DNA of 64,000 nt from Omnitrophica WOR_2 bacterium (GTDB taxonomy: Bacteria > Bacteroidota > Bacteroidia > Bacteroidales > Lentimicrobiaceae). Positions 48,737 to 58,726 of the stretch are shown in pieces; the stretch's first letter is position 1, and each line of letters opens with the position of its first letter. The notes beneath the pieces were generated by a model. The model was not told the origin of the DNA. It did no database searches and was given only the letters and a program-made list of their open reading frames with translations. The position numbers and the translations under genes are program-made. The stretch is from positions 4,667-68,666 of the forward strand of contig JBLMZZ010000162.1 of assembly GCA_050259095.1 (NCBI GenBank). The letters run 5' to 3'.

Positions 48737-49567
48737 ATGATTTATTCATTGAATGTTGTGAAAGATAAAGTAGTAATAATCACAGGAGGTTCATCAGGAA
48801 TAGGACTTTCATTAGCCAAAGAATTTGGGAAACTGGGTAATAAGATAACTATTGCAGCCCGTGATTCAGATAAGTTGGAACTTGCTGCAGCAGGATTAAG
48901 AAGTAACGGAATTGAAGTATTAACTGTAGTAGCCGATGTGAGTAAAGAGGATGATTGTAAAAAGATCATTGATCATACACTTAAGCAATTTGGCAAGATT
49001 AGTATTTTGATCAATAATGCCGGAATCTCAATGAGAGCAGCGTTTAACGATACTGATTTATCAGTTCTGCATAAATTGATGGATATAAACTTTTGGGGTA
49101 CTGTATATTGTACCAAATATGCGTTGCCTCATATTTTAGCAGAGAAAGGGAGTGTGGTAGGAGTTATTTCAGTAGCAGGCTATATCGGTTTGCCGGGTCG
49201 CACAGGTTATTCTGCTTCAAAGTTTGCAGTTAGAGGATTTCTGGACACGTTGAGATGTGAAAACATAAAAACGGGTCTTCATGTATTGGTTGTTGCGCCA
49301 GGATTTACCGCAAGCAATATTAGGAATGCGGCTTTAACAGCTAATGGTAGTCAACAAGGTGAAACACCTCGTGATGAAAGTAAAATGATGTCAGCTGAGA
49401 AGGTAGCAAATAAAATTGCTAAAGCAGTAATGAAACGGAAAGATTCATTGGTACTGACTTTCTGGGAAGGGAAATTCACAGTATTCCTAAATAAGTTTTT
49501 CCCACAAATTGTTAGTAGGTTAGCTTACAATCACATGAAAAAAGAACCCGATTCACCGTTTAATTAA
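48737..49567 (+). CDS. SDR family oxidoreductase
   Basis: TGGSSGIG, NNAGIS, YSASK. Confidence 0.93.
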   Translation: MIYSLNVVKDKVVIITGGSSGIGLSLAKEFGKLGNKITIAARDSDKLELAAAGLRSNGIEVLTVVADVSKEDDCKKIIDHTLKQFGKISILINNAGISMRAAFNDTDLSVLHKLMDINFWGTVYCTKYALPHILAEKGSVVGVISVAGYIGLPGRTGYSASKFAVRGFLDTLRCENIKTGLHVLVVAPGFTASNIRNAALTANGSQQGETPRDESKMMSAEKVANKIAKAVMKRKDSLVLTFWEGKFTVFLNKFFPQIVSRLAYNHMKKEPDSPFN

Positions 49568-49620
49568 TCAATAAAGTTTTATAAATTAGTCTAATAAATT
49601 ATCCAATAAAAATATAAAAA

Positions 49621-50115
49621 ATGGAAAAGCTCAATATGGAGATACTTCTGCTTGAAGGCCTCAACGATCTTAAATTTGGTGACACCCAGGCAACAGTGGA
49701 AAAAACTTTAGGCAAACCACAAGAAACCAAAAAACTTAGTGACGAAGGTGAAGAATTAGATGATGAACTAGATACTATCCTGTGGGAGTATGATAATGAA
49801 GGCTTAACGGTATTCTTTGAAGGAAAAAACAATCATGTGCTTTCTTGCTTTGAAACTGATAATGCTGATGCTACTTTATTTGGCAAAAAGGTTTTTGAGA
49901 TGAATGAACAAGAGGTTGTTCAACTCATGAAAGAAAATGGACTAACTCAAATTGATAAGGAAGAAGAAGAATGGGGTGAAAAAAGAGTTTCATTTGATGA
50001 AGGTCTGATTGACTTCTATTTCCAGGATGATGAGTTGATTACTGTCAATTGGGGAGTCTTTGTTAACGAAGACGGCGAAATTGAAGAATTTGATGATGAG
50101 GAGGAAGAAGAATAA
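49621..50115 (+). CDS. Highly acidic hypothetical protein
   Basis: 164 aa; 50 D/E versus 13 K/R by manual count. Confidence 0.75.
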   Translation: MEKLNMEILLLEGLNDLKFGDTQATVEKTLGKPQETKKLSDEGEELDDELDTILWEYDNEGLTVFFEGKNNHVLSCFETDNADATLFGKKVFEMNEQEVVQLMKENGLTQIDKEEEEWGEKRVSFDEGLIDFYFQDDELITVNWGVFVNEDGEIEEFDDEEEEE

Positions 50116-50160
50116 ACTTTTCTTTTAATCAATAAATAATCTAAAACACTTTATTCAAAA

Positions 50161-51066
50161 TTATTGATTCAATGGATGGTATTTAAGAATATTTTTTCTT
50201 AAGTATTCTCTGTCAATATGGGTGTAGATCTCCGTGGTAGTAATAAATGCGTGACCCAGCATATCCTGAACTGCCCGGAGATCAGCACCATTTTCAACCA
50301 GATGTGTAGCAAATGAATGCCTGAAAGTATGGGGACTTACAACTTTCTTTATACCAGCAGCAGAAGCAGTTCTTTTTACTATTTCAAAAATCATTGCTCT
50401 TGTAAGCTTGGCACCTAATTGATTTAGGAAAAGAATATTCTCATTTCCGTGTTTGATATTCACATGAATACGAACATGATCCCTGTAATTTATAATTTGT
50501 CGTGACACCTTTGGTCCAATTGGTACTATCCTTTGTTTGTTACCTTTCCCTGTAATAATCACGTATCCATCTTCAAGAAATAGATTAGTTAGTTTTAAAT
50601 TGGTCAATTCACTTACACGCAAACCACACCCGTATAATGTTTCAATAATAGTCTTGTTCCTCTCTCCTAATGGATTACTAAGGTCTATTACATCAATCAT
50701 TTTATCTATTTCAGCAATTGAGAGTACTGATGGAAGTTTCTTTCCAATCTTAGGTAATTCAAGCAGTTCAGTAGGATCATTTTCAATAATGTTTTCCAAA
50801 ATCAGGTAACGATAAAATGAACGAATACCAGATATTATACGCGATTGACTACTGGCTTCAATTTCAAGTGAAGAAAGTGTTTTAATAAACTCTTTAATAT
50901 GGTTAAGGGTGAGAAGTTCGGGTAATAACCCATTCCAATGTGTAGAAGAATAATTCTCGAGTTTAGTAATATCTCTGCAATATGCTTTAATAGTATTTAC
51001 CGAATACGACCGCTCAATTTGCAACCATGCTTTAAATCCTTTGATTAAAAGCTCCCATTTCATCAT
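50161..51066 (-). CDS. xerD: Site-specific tyrosine recombinase XerD
   Basis: LYGCGLRVSEL, GKGNKQR, SPHTFRHSFATH, GADLRAVQDMLGH, TTEIYTH. Confidence 0.9.
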   Translation of the reverse strand: MMKWELLIKGFKAWLQIERSYSVNTIKAYCRDITKLENYSSTHWNGLLPELLTLNHIKEFIKTLSSLEIEASSQSRIISGIRSFYRYLILENIIENDPTELLELPKIGKKLPSVLSIAEIDKMIDVIDLSNPLGERNKTIIETLYGCGLRVSELTNLKLTNLFLEDGYVIITGKGNKQRIVPIGPKVSRQIINYRDHVRIHVNIKHGNENILFLNQLGAKLTRAMIFEIVKRTASAAGIKKVVSPHTFRHSFATHLVENGADLRAVQDMLGHAFITTTEIYTHIDREYLRKNILKYHPLNQ

Positions 51067-51177
51067 TGCGGCCTATAATTATTATTAATTTTGCACTTGG
51101 TGACTACGAACAAAATTAGTGTTAAAAGACACTGATTGGAAGAAAAATGATATGTTTCAGTTTTTTTTGAGTTATCA

Positions 51178-51208
51178 TTTGGAAGATTCAATATTTTTTG
51201 TAATTTTG
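51178..51208 (+). promoter_or_regulatory. Sigma-A promoter of rpmG
   Basis: TTTG (51178-81), 19 nt, TAATTTTG (51201-08). Confidence 0.8.
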
Positions 51209-51237
51209 CAGTCCTAAAATTTAAAGGCTTTACAACA

Positions 51238-51426
51238 ATGGCTAAGAAAAGCAAAGAAGCAAGAATTCAGGTGATTTTAGAATGCACTGAGCATAAGACA
51301 AGCGGTATGCCGGGTACTTCAAGGTATATAACTACCAAAAATAAGAAGAATACACCTGAGAGACTTGAGATTAAGAAATATAATCCAATTCTCCGCAAAA
51401 TGACTATCCATAAAGAAATTAAATAA
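51238..51426 (+). CDS. rpmG: 50S ribosomal protein L33
   Basis: [10 protein letters not shown]...[23 protein letters not shown]...HKEIK. Confidence 0.97.
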   Translation: MAKKSKEARIQVILECTEHKTSGMPGTSRYITTKNKKNTPERLEIKKYNPILRKMTIHKEIK

Positions 51427-51435
51427 TAAAGCACC

Positions 51436-51591
51436 ATGGCAAAGAAAGTTGTTGCAACACTGAGAACGTCATCAGGAAAGGACTATGCAAAGGTAATTAG
51501 AATGGTAAAATCGGAAAAAACCGGTGCCTACACTTTTAAGGAAACTATTGTACCTAATGATCAGGTAAAAGATTTTCTCACAAAGAAATAA
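51436..51591 (+). CDS. DUF4295 family protein, 51 aa
   Basis: Not in ORF track. MAKKVVATLRTSSGKDYAKVIRMVKSEKTGAYTFKETIVPNDQVKDFLTKK, between rpmG and ftsY as usual in Bacteroidota. Confidence 0.92.
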   Translation: MAKKVVATLRTSSGKDYAKVIRMVKSEKTGAYTFKETIVPNDQVKDFLTKK

Positions 51592-51608
51592 TTCCTACCG
51601 AATAATAT

Positions 51609-51648
51609 AAACAGGGCCTTTTCTTGTTAATGGAGAAGACCCTGTTTT
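51609..51648 (+). terminator. Hairpin after DUF4295
   Basis: AAACAGGG...CCCTGTTTT with an imperfect inner stem. Confidence 0.6.
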
Positions 51649-51717
51649 GTATTTTATTAAAGACAGATTGGTCCCTTTTGCTTAATTTTGTCCTTATTAT
51701 TCACTTACAATTTAAAA

Positions 51718-52674
51718 ATGGGCTTATTCTCTTTTCTTTCAAAAGATAAAAAACAGGAACTCGATAAAGGACTTGAAAAAACTAAAGATAACTTTTTTAG
51801 TAAACTTTCAAAAGCAGTAATAGGGAAGTCAACTGTAGATGAAGAAGTTCTGGATAACCTGGAAGAAATACTCGTTACTTCAGATGTGGGTGTTGAAACT
51901 ACATTACGTATCATTGATAGGATTGAGAAAAGAGTTGCCCGTGATAAATACATGGGTGTAAGCGAATTAAATAAAATATTACGCGAAGAAATAATCGAAC
52001 TCCTTGATGAAACTGAACATCCTGACTTAATAAAGGAATTTAACTTCCCTAAACGAGAAAATCCTTATGTAATAATGGTTGTTGGGGTTAATGGTGTTGG
52101 CAAAACAACTACTATTGGCAAGTTAGCCTGGCAATTCAAGAAAGCAGGCAAGAGTGTTGTACTTGGAGCAGCCGATACCTTTAGAGCTGCTGCTGTCTCA
52201 CAATTGGAAATCTGGGCTGATAGGGTAGGAGTCCCTTGTATAACTCAAGGTATGGGTGCAGATCCGGCCTCCGTTGCTTTTGACGCATTAAAAGCAGCCA
52301 TTGCACGTGGTGCAGATGTCTTAATCATAGATACGGCTGGAAGATTGCATAATAAAGTAAACCTGATGAATGAACTCTCAAAGATCAGGAAAGTAATGCA
52401 AAAACTGATGCCTGACGCACCTCATGAGGTTCTCTTGGTACTAGATGCCTCTACTGGACAAAATGCTATAGAACAAGCGCGTCAATTCACTGCTGCAACA
52501 GAAGTAAATGCTCTGGCACTAACTAAATTAGATGGTACAGCAAAGGGTGGAGTAGTAATTGGTATAAGTGACCAGTTTAAAGTACCGGTTAAATATATTG
52601 GTATTGGAGAAAAGATAACTGACCTTCAACCTTTTGTAAAAGAAGAATTTGTTGATTCATTATTTAGTTCCTGA
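51718..52674 (+). CDS. ftsY: Signal recognition particle receptor FtsY
   Basis: GVNGVGKTTT, AADTFRAAA, DTAGRLH, TKLDGTAKGG; start at ATG 51718. Confidence 0.97.
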   Translation: MGLFSFLSKDKKQELDKGLEKTKDNFFSKLSKAVIGKSTVDEEVLDNLEEILVTSDVGVETTLRIIDRIEKRVARDKYMGVSELNKILREEIIELLDETEHPDLIKEFNFPKRENPYVIMVVGVNGVGKTTTIGKLAWQFKKAGKSVVLGAADTFRAAAVSQLEIWADRVGVPCITQGMGADPASVAFDALKAAIARGADVLIIDTAGRLHNKVNLMNELSKIRKVMQKLMPDAPHEVLLVLDASTGQNAIEQARQFTAATEVNALALTKLDGTAKGGVVIGISDQFKVPVKYIGIGEKITDLQPFVKEEFVDSLFSS

Positions 52675-52787
52675 TAACCTTTCAACCAGATTGTTTCTTG
52701 TTATAAGTTTCATTTCTAACGGATTGGCTTAAGAGCATCTGGGAAATGCATTCTTGTTTATTTAACTTAATTAATAACCGTTGATCA

Positions 52788-54113
52788 TTGAAGACAAAAG
52801 TTGTAAATCATAAGTCAGTAAATGTAGTAACCTTAGGGTGTTCAAAAAACCTGGTAGATTCTGAATTTATGCTCAGACAATTAAAAGCTGCCGGTTTTGA
52901 AATTCATCATGATACCAATAATGAGTCTGATGTGGTAATTGTAAATACCTGTGGTTTTATTAATGATGCAAAAGAAGAATCTATAAATACCATTCTTCAT
53001 TGGGCACAGTTACGAAAAGAAAATAAGATTGAACAGTTATATGTAATGGGTTGTCTCTCCGAAAGGTACAGAGAAGAATTGCAGAAAGAAATTCCCGAAG
53101 CTGATGGTTTCTATGGTGTTAATGATCTTAATCAACTATTACAGGATCTAAATGCACCATTTAGGAAGGAACTTTTAAGTGAGCGAATAATAACAACACC
53201 TTCACATTATGCATATTTAAAAATAGCAGAAGGTTGTGACCATCAGTGTGCGTTTTGTGCTATTCCATCAATTAGAGGTAAAAATATTTCAAAAACAATA
53301 GAAGATATTGTTAAAGAAGCTGAGTTCCTCGCTAGCGCCGGTGTAAAAGAAATTATGTTAATTGCACAGGATTTAACCTGGTATGGACAAGATCTCTATG
53401 GTAAAAAGGCATTAGCACAGTTACTTGAAAAACTAACAGCAGTTGAAGGAATAGAATGGATTAGATTACATTATGCATATCCATTAGCTTTTCCTATGGA
53501 GATATTGGATGTAATGAAGAGTAATCCAAAGATATGCCGTTATATTGATATTCCGCTTCAACATATTAACGACAGGATATTAAAATCCATGAGAAGAGGA
53601 TTAGATGGAATAAAAACAAGAAAATTAATTGAGGACATACGCAATGCAGTACCGGGTATAACAATTCGGACAAGCTTAATTGTTGGATTTCCAGGTGAAA
53701 CTGCAGAAGAATTTAATGAACTCAAATCGTTTGTCAATGAAATGCAATTTGAGAGACTGGGCGTTTTTACATACTCACATGAAGAAAATACCCCTGCTTA
53801 TGAATTGAAAGATGATGTAAGGCCTGCTGTTAAATCACGTCGTGCTGAGCAATTAATGACTTTACAGCAAGAGATATCAGAAAGAAGAAATGAATCTCTC
53901 ATTGGGTCATCCATGAAAGTTATACTTGACAGGAAAGATGATAATGTGTGGATTGGTCGCACTGAATTTGATTCACCTGAAGTTGATAATGAAGTGATAA
54001 TATCCACGCAGGGAATGCAAAATAATGGAATTGAATTAAAGGGAGGAAGTTTTGTGAATGTAAGAATCACAGGTTCTGATATCTATGATCTTTTTGGTGA
54101 AATCATACCTTAA
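52788..54113 (+). CDS. rimO: Ribosomal protein S12 methylthiotransferase
   Basis: TLGCSKNLVDSE, NTCGFI, YLKIAEGCDHQCAFC, RTSLIVGFPGE, SPEVDN TRAM domain. Confidence 0.96.
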   Translation: MKTKVVNHKSVNVVTLGCSKNLVDSEFMLRQLKAAGFEIHHDTNNESDVVIVNTCGFINDAKEESINTILHWAQLRKENKIEQLYVMGCLSERYREELQKEIPEADGFYGVNDLNQLLQDLNAPFRKELLSERIITTPSHYAYLKIAEGCDHQCAFCAIPSIRGKNISKTIEDIVKEAEFLASAGVKEIMLIAQDLTWYGQDLYGKKALAQLLEKLTAVEGIEWIRLHYAYPLAFPMEILDVMKSNPKICRYIDIPLQHINDRILKSMRRGLDGIKTRKLIEDIRNAVPGITIRTSLIVGFPGETAEEFNELKSFVNEMQFERLGVFTYSHEENTPAYELKDDVRPAVKSRRAEQLMTLQQEISERRNESLIGSSMKVILDRKDDNVWIGRTEFDSPEVDNEVIISTQGMQNNGIELKGGSFVNVRITGSDIYDLFGEIIP

Positions 54114-54124
54114 TAATTGATATA

Positions 54125-54613
54125 ATGAAAAAATTATTTAATCCTTTTATTAAGCAAGAAGGTTATCAATGTTTTGGATGTTCCCCTAATAATCCTTTCG
54201 GATTGCATCTGGAATTTGAAGAAAAAGATGATTGTGTAGAAGCAACATGGGTTCCGATAGATCATTTTCAAGGTTGGTGTAATACTTTACATGGCGGCAT
54301 ACAAGCAACTATGCTTGATGAGATTGCCAGTTGGTTGGTATTTGTAAAGCTTAATACCTCGGGAGTAACTTGTAAAATGGAAGTAAAACTTATTAAGCCG
54401 GTTAAGATGGATGAAGGAAACATTCACTTGAAGGCGATTTTAAGAGAAATGCAACGAAATATTGCTGTCATTGATTGCTTCCTTTACAATGATAAAATGG
54501 AAATGTGTACTGAAGGTGTGATGCATTATTTCACTTTCCCTGAAAAAGTTGCCCGTCAAAGATTTTGGTTCCCAGGCAAAGAAGCTTTCTACTCTCCTGT
54601 TACTGACAAATAG
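54125..54613 (+). CDS. PaaI family thioesterase
   Basis: CFGCSPNNPFGL, LHGGIQATMLDE. Confidence 0.9.
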   Translation: MKKLFNPFIKQEGYQCFGCSPNNPFGLHLEFEEKDDCVEATWVPIDHFQGWCNTLHGGIQATMLDEIASWLVFVKLNTSGVTCKMEVKLIKPVKMDEGNIHLKAILREMQRNIAVIDCFLYNDKMEMCTEGVMHYFTFPEKVARQRFWFPGKEAFYSPVTDK

Positions 54614-54741
54614 ATATTTTAATCACCTGTCAACATTAGTAGGCAAGTAACAGATCGGTATAGTAATCTGTGACTGTTTTTTGCGGTATTTGCTTTAAAG
54701 ATTAATGAATTAGTAAGCCGGATTAGTGTGTATAAAATTGG

Positions 54742-55839
54742 TTAAAAGTTTCCAAAAAGCTGAATCCAGTTGTAGTTGTCATAATGTTTACCAAGTCTCA
54801 CAATGATAAGGTTCTTAGTCGGATTACAATATACAAATTGACCCAATAGGCCTTGTGCCCAAAAAGCTCCTGAAGGGAGTACTCTCCATTGATATGAGTA
54901 TGTGAACGGCTTGGTACTTCCGGCATTAGCTTTTGAATTAAGAGATTTATAAATCCATTCTTTAGGGATTAATTGTTTGCCATTCCAATCACCGTTATTA
55001 AGATAGAGCCTTCCAAATTTAGCATAATCAAGTGCTCTGGCATTTAAACCACAAAATCCTTTTATTGTGTGATGTTTGCGACTATCAACATTCATAGTCG
55101 CATCGAATTGCATTCCCATTGGAATCCATAACTTTTGTTCAAGAAATTTATTTAATGGCATTCCGGTTGAATGCTCAATTGATAATGACAACAACAGTGT
55201 ATTTACACTAATATATTCAAATTTTTTGTCGGGTGGGTACTTCGCTTTAAGCTTACTTACATACTTCAATAGATTTCTCCCATAGTAATATTTAGCTACA
55301 TCAGCAAAAGGGGATTTATAGCTTTCATTGAATGCCAGACCGGAACGCATATTCAACAGGTCAATAATCCGAATGTCCGATAGTTGTGAGTTTAGCTCCG
55401 GAACATACTTAGTAACCGGTTCATACTCATTTGCAATATATCCTTCGGAAATTGCTATACCCATTAATGCCGAAACTACTGACTTGTTTGCAGAGAATGA
55501 TGTAAAAATAGAAGTTGAGTCATAACCCTCTTTATAATGCTCATACAGAATGGAATCATTTCGAATAACAACGAAAGCAAGAGTACCTGATTTCATTAAG
55601 AAATCATTGAATGAATTATTATTTAAAGTACCATAAGTATCAATATACTGAGGTATTTTAGCTGTTGGAGAAGAATAGAATTGGAATTTATTAGTACCAG
55701 ATTTAACTGGTACCTGTGGAGATTTCTTATAATCATTTACATCAGCATAGTTATAGATGAAATACCTTGCGACATGGCATGAAGACTGCATTAAGCAAAT
55801 AACACAGATACAAGTGATTAATAGGAATTTATTTCTCAT
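54742..55839 (-). CDS. Serine hydrolase (class C beta-lactamase-like) lipoprotein
   Basis: Lipobox QSS-C, SxxK (FSANKS), LLNMRSG, YISVN, RALDYAKFG, AQGLLGQ. Confidence 0.88.
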   Translation of the reverse strand: MRNKFLLITCICVICLMQSSCHVARYFIYNYADVNDYKKSPQVPVKSGTNKFQFYSSPTAKIPQYIDTYGTLNNNSFNDFLMKSGTLAFVVIRNDSILYEHYKEGYDSTSIFTSFSANKSVVSALMGIAISEGYIANEYEPVTKYVPELNSQLSDIRIIDLLNMRSGLAFNESYKSPFADVAKYYYGRNLLKYVSKLKAKYPPDKKFEYISVNTLLLSLSIEHSTGMPLNKFLEQKLWIPMGMQFDATMNVDSRKHHTIKGFCGLNARALDYAKFGRLYLNNGDWNGKQLIPKEWIYKSLNSKANAGSTKPFTYSYQWRVLPSGAFWAQGLLGQFVYCNPTKNLIIVRLGKHYDNYNWIQLFGNF

Positions 55840-56123
55840 GCTCTCTATTATTGTGATTTTTATTGTAAAGATAGGTCTTCCTTATTAAAAATCAATACAG
55901 ATGATGTTGCAAACAGTCCTTATTGATTGGAAGGAAGGAGTAGCTTTTTAGACTAGTGCATAGCTGTATTGTATCATGTTTGACGCAGCCCCTAATGCAG
56001 GTAGCAATATCTGTATTAATTTACAAAAAGCAACAGAGATAGATCATCAGAAATATTGTAGAGTAGCAGTGATCTAAAGGGATACATTAAAAGTCTGTAT
56101 TGAAATTGCTATTGAGAATAGTT

Positions 56124-56789
56124 CTATTTAACATTACCAAATAATGTTGTCTTTCTGACAATTAGTATAAGCTCGCTCAAAATCATTGCTGTTGCACCCC
56201 ATATTAAATTATTCCCCGACATAAAACCCGGAACCTCAATAGGTAACATTTCAGAGTTCTCAACAGTATAATTACCAACAGATCCATTTATCATAAATAA
56301 TTCGAATGGAACAACCATTATTTCAGCAACTTCCTTCTCATCAGCTATAAATTTGGGATAATGGTTAATTGCAGCAACAACCGGAGAAATGATGAAGTTA
56401 CTGGGTGGTACATATAATTCAGTCAAAACACCTAAAGGTTGAATTTCAGTTCTTTCTATTCCAATCTCTTCTTCTGTCTCTCTGAATGCTGTATCAAAAA
56501 TATCCCTATCATATATTTCTGATTTTCCACCAGGGAAAGAGATTTGTCCACTATGTACTCCTTTGTAAATAACTCTCTTTGTAAGTACTATTGAAGGTTT
56601 ATCATTTATATCAGGAAAAAAAAGGATTAATACACTACTTGGTTGAGCTTTTGAGAGATCATGGTTTTGTAATAATAATTCTTTCCTGTGTTCAGGAGCT
56701 AGCAAATCATGTGCATACGATCCCGGAAGGGGAGGAGTTAAAGCTTTTTTTAATTCTGAAGTAAATAGTTCAAACCCGTTTTGAATCAT
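56124..56789 (-). CDS. CoA pyrophosphatase (Nudix)
   Basis: HSGQISFPGGK, AFRETEEEIG, IWGATAMI. Confidence 0.92.
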   Translation of the reverse strand: MIQNGFELFTSELKKALTPPLPGSYAHDLLAPEHRKELLLQNHDLSKAQPSSVLILFFPDINDKPSIVLTKRVIYKGVHSGQISFPGGKSEIYDRDIFDTAFRETEEEIGIERTEIQPLGVLTELYVPPSNFIISPVVAAINHYPKFIADEKEVAEIMVVPFELFMINGSVGNYTVENSEMLPIEVPGFMSGNNLIWGATAMILSELILIVRKTTLFGNVK

Positions 56790-56889
56790 AATTTAGTAGA
56801 GTAAAGTAACGATTTTCCAAATATAATTTTTTTGTTCCCAACTAGTATAACTATTTTCATTATTTTAGCCATTGAATATAGAATTGCTT

Positions 56890-57162
56890 ATGGTTAAAGA
56901 AAAGAAAGCACCTGTATCAGAAATTCTGGGAACTATCTCAGACATTTATGAACTGATATTATTTAATGATAACGTAAATGATTTTACGTTTGTTATTGAA
57001 ACCCTTATTCAGGTATGTGAACTTGAACCAATACAAGCAGAGCAGATCACTTTGATAGTGCATGAAAAGGGGAAATGTGGTGTAATCTCAGGATCAGTTG
57101 AGGAACTGAGACCAATGTATGAAAAGCTTTCTAATAAAGGATTGACAGTATCAATTGAATAA
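56890..57162 (+). CDS. clpS: ATP-dependent Clp protease adaptor ClpS
   Basis: LILFNDNVNDFTFVI, QAEQITLIVHEKGKC; start at ATG 56890. Confidence 0.88.
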   Translation: MVKEKKAPVSEILGTISDIYELILFNDNVNDFTFVIETLIQVCELEPIQAEQITLIVHEKGKCGVISGSVEELRPMYEKLSNKGLTVSIE

Positions 57163-57189
57163 TATTTTTTCGCTTAAAGTACACTAATT

Positions 57190-57654
57190 ATGTCATTAAC
57201 TCTTATTTTCCTTTTAATAGCGTTGGGTTTAATATTGCTATTATTGGAAGTATTTGTAATTCCAGGTACTTCAGTTTTTGGTATTGTGGGAGGTGTCCTT
57301 ATAATTTTCTCAATCTGGCAGGCATACAAAGTTTTTGGGTCAGACAAAGGAAATATTATTGTCCTGGTAACAGTTGCACTGATTGTCGCTACACTTGTAC
57401 TTGCTTTTAAATCGAATACCTGGAAGCGAATGATGCTCAACACTAATGTAGAAGGACGAGTGAATGTGATTGAAGAAAATAAGCTTCATGTGGGTGACAT
57501 TGGAAAGACCATTTCAAGAATTTCACCGGCTGGAACAGCTATCTTTGATAATGAATTATATGAAGTTCATACGCAAGGAGATTTCATTGATCAGGAAACT
57601 GAAATAATAATTAGTAAATTAGAGGATAATAAAATCTTTGTTAAACGTAAATAA
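57190..57654 (+). CDS. NfeD family membrane protein
   Basis: Three N-terminal TMs (LLLLEVFVIPG) plus C-terminal OB domain; upstream of floA. Confidence 0.88.
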   Translation: MSLTLIFLLIALGLILLLLEVFVIPGTSVFGIVGGVLIIFSIWQAYKVFGSDKGNIIVLVTVALIVATLVLAFKSNTWKRMMLNTNVEGRVNVIEENKLHVGDIGKTISRISPAGTAIFDNELYEVHTQGDFIDQETEIIISKLEDNKIFVKRK

Positions 57655-57660
57655 AAAAAA

Positions 57661-58668
57661 ATGGAATCAGGAGTCTTATTAGTATTTGCAATTGGTATTG
57701 CGTCCATAATAGGGTTATGGATTATTTTCTACTTTATTCCTGTTGGATTGTGGTTTTCTGCATTACTTTCAGGAGTAAGAGTATCATTACTGCAACTTGT
57801 ATTCATGCGCTGGAGAAAAGTGCCACCATCGGTAATTGTAACAGCTATGATCAATGCAACAAAAGCAGGGCTCTCGATTACAAGGGATGAATTAGAAGCT
57901 CATTATCTTGCAGGAGGCAGGGTTAAATTGGTAGTTAATGCCTTAATTTCTGCTGATAAAGCTAATATTCCTTTAAATTTTAAAGCAGCTACAGCAATTG
58001 ACCTTGCAGGTCGTGATGTTTTTGAAGCTGTTCAAATGTCAGTTAATCCTAAAGTTATTAATACCCCGCCAGTTGCTGCTGTTGCAAAGGATGGTATTCA
58101 GCTTATTGCAAAAGCAAGGGTTACTGTTCGTGCCAATATCAAACAACTGGTTGGTGGTGCTGGTGAAGAAACAATACTTGCCCGAGTAGGTGAAGGAGTT
58201 GTTTCATCTATCGGATCAGCAGTTTCACATAAGGCTGTTCTCGAAAATCCTGATTCTATATCTAAGGTTGTTCTTTCAAAAGGACTTGATTCAGGTACCG
58301 CTTTTGAAATACTTTCAATAGATATTGCTGACATTGATGTTGGGAAAAACATTGGTGCTCAGCTTCAAATGGATCAGGCAAACGCTGACAAGAATATTGC
58401 ACAGGCAAAAGCTGAAGAAAGAAGGGCAATGGCTGTCGCTCTTGAACAGGAAATGAAAGCTAAAGCTCAGGAAGCCAGGGCAAAAGTTATTGAAGCTGAA
58501 GCAGAAATCCCTTTAGCAATGGCTGAATCCTTCAGATCAGGTAATATGGGTATTATGGACTATTATAAGTTTCAGAATATTCAGGCTGATACAAAGATGC
58601 GGGAGTCAATATCCGAACCACCGAAACCAAAGCAGGGTACTAAGGGGCCTGACGCTCCAATAAAGTAA
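57661..58668 (+). CDS. floA: Flotillin-like protein FloA (YqfA)
   Basis: [17 protein letters not shown]-like, [39 protein letters not shown]. Confidence 0.95.
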   Translation: MESGVLLVFAIGIASIIGLWIIFYFIPVGLWFSALLSGVRVSLLQLVFMRWRKVPPSVIVTAMINATKAGLSITRDELEAHYLAGGRVKLVVNALISADKANIPLNFKAATAIDLAGRDVFEAVQMSVNPKVINTPPVAAVAKDGIQLIAKARVTVRANIKQLVGGAGEETILARVGEGVVSSIGSAVSHKAVLENPDSISKVVLSKGLDSGTAFEILSIDIADIDVGKNIGAQLQMDQANADKNIAQAKAEERRAMAVALEQEMKAKAQEARAKVIEAEAEIPLAMAESFRSGNMGIMDYYKFQNIQADTKMRESISEPPKPKQGTKGPDAPIK

Positions 58669-58679
58669 AGATTCTTATT

Positions 58680-58707
58680 ACGCCCTGAAAATCAGGGCGT
58701 TTTTTTT
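58680..58707 (+). terminator. Intrinsic terminator after floA
   Basis: ACGCCCTGA-AAA-TCAGGGCGT then TTTTTTT. Confidence 0.88.
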
Positions 58708-58726
58708 AATCATTCAATTACTAATT

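Noticed and set aside
50161-51066. Tyrosine recombinase as a mobile-element integrase
   Set aside because: Size and motifs match chromosomal XerD, the context is housekeeping, and no att or dif site was recognised.
55860-56123. GTAGC recurring at 61-62 nt spacing and several CTGTATT copies in an intergenic gap
   Set aside because: Only 5-7-nt matches with no extended similarity between units and no credible ORF, so probably chance. One AATCAATA/TATTGATT hairpin may be the Nudix terminator.
12063-57162. aat, lon and clpS forming an N-degron proteolysis cluster
   Set aside because: They are separated by 5-36 kb of unrelated genes, so co-presence in the window is incidental.
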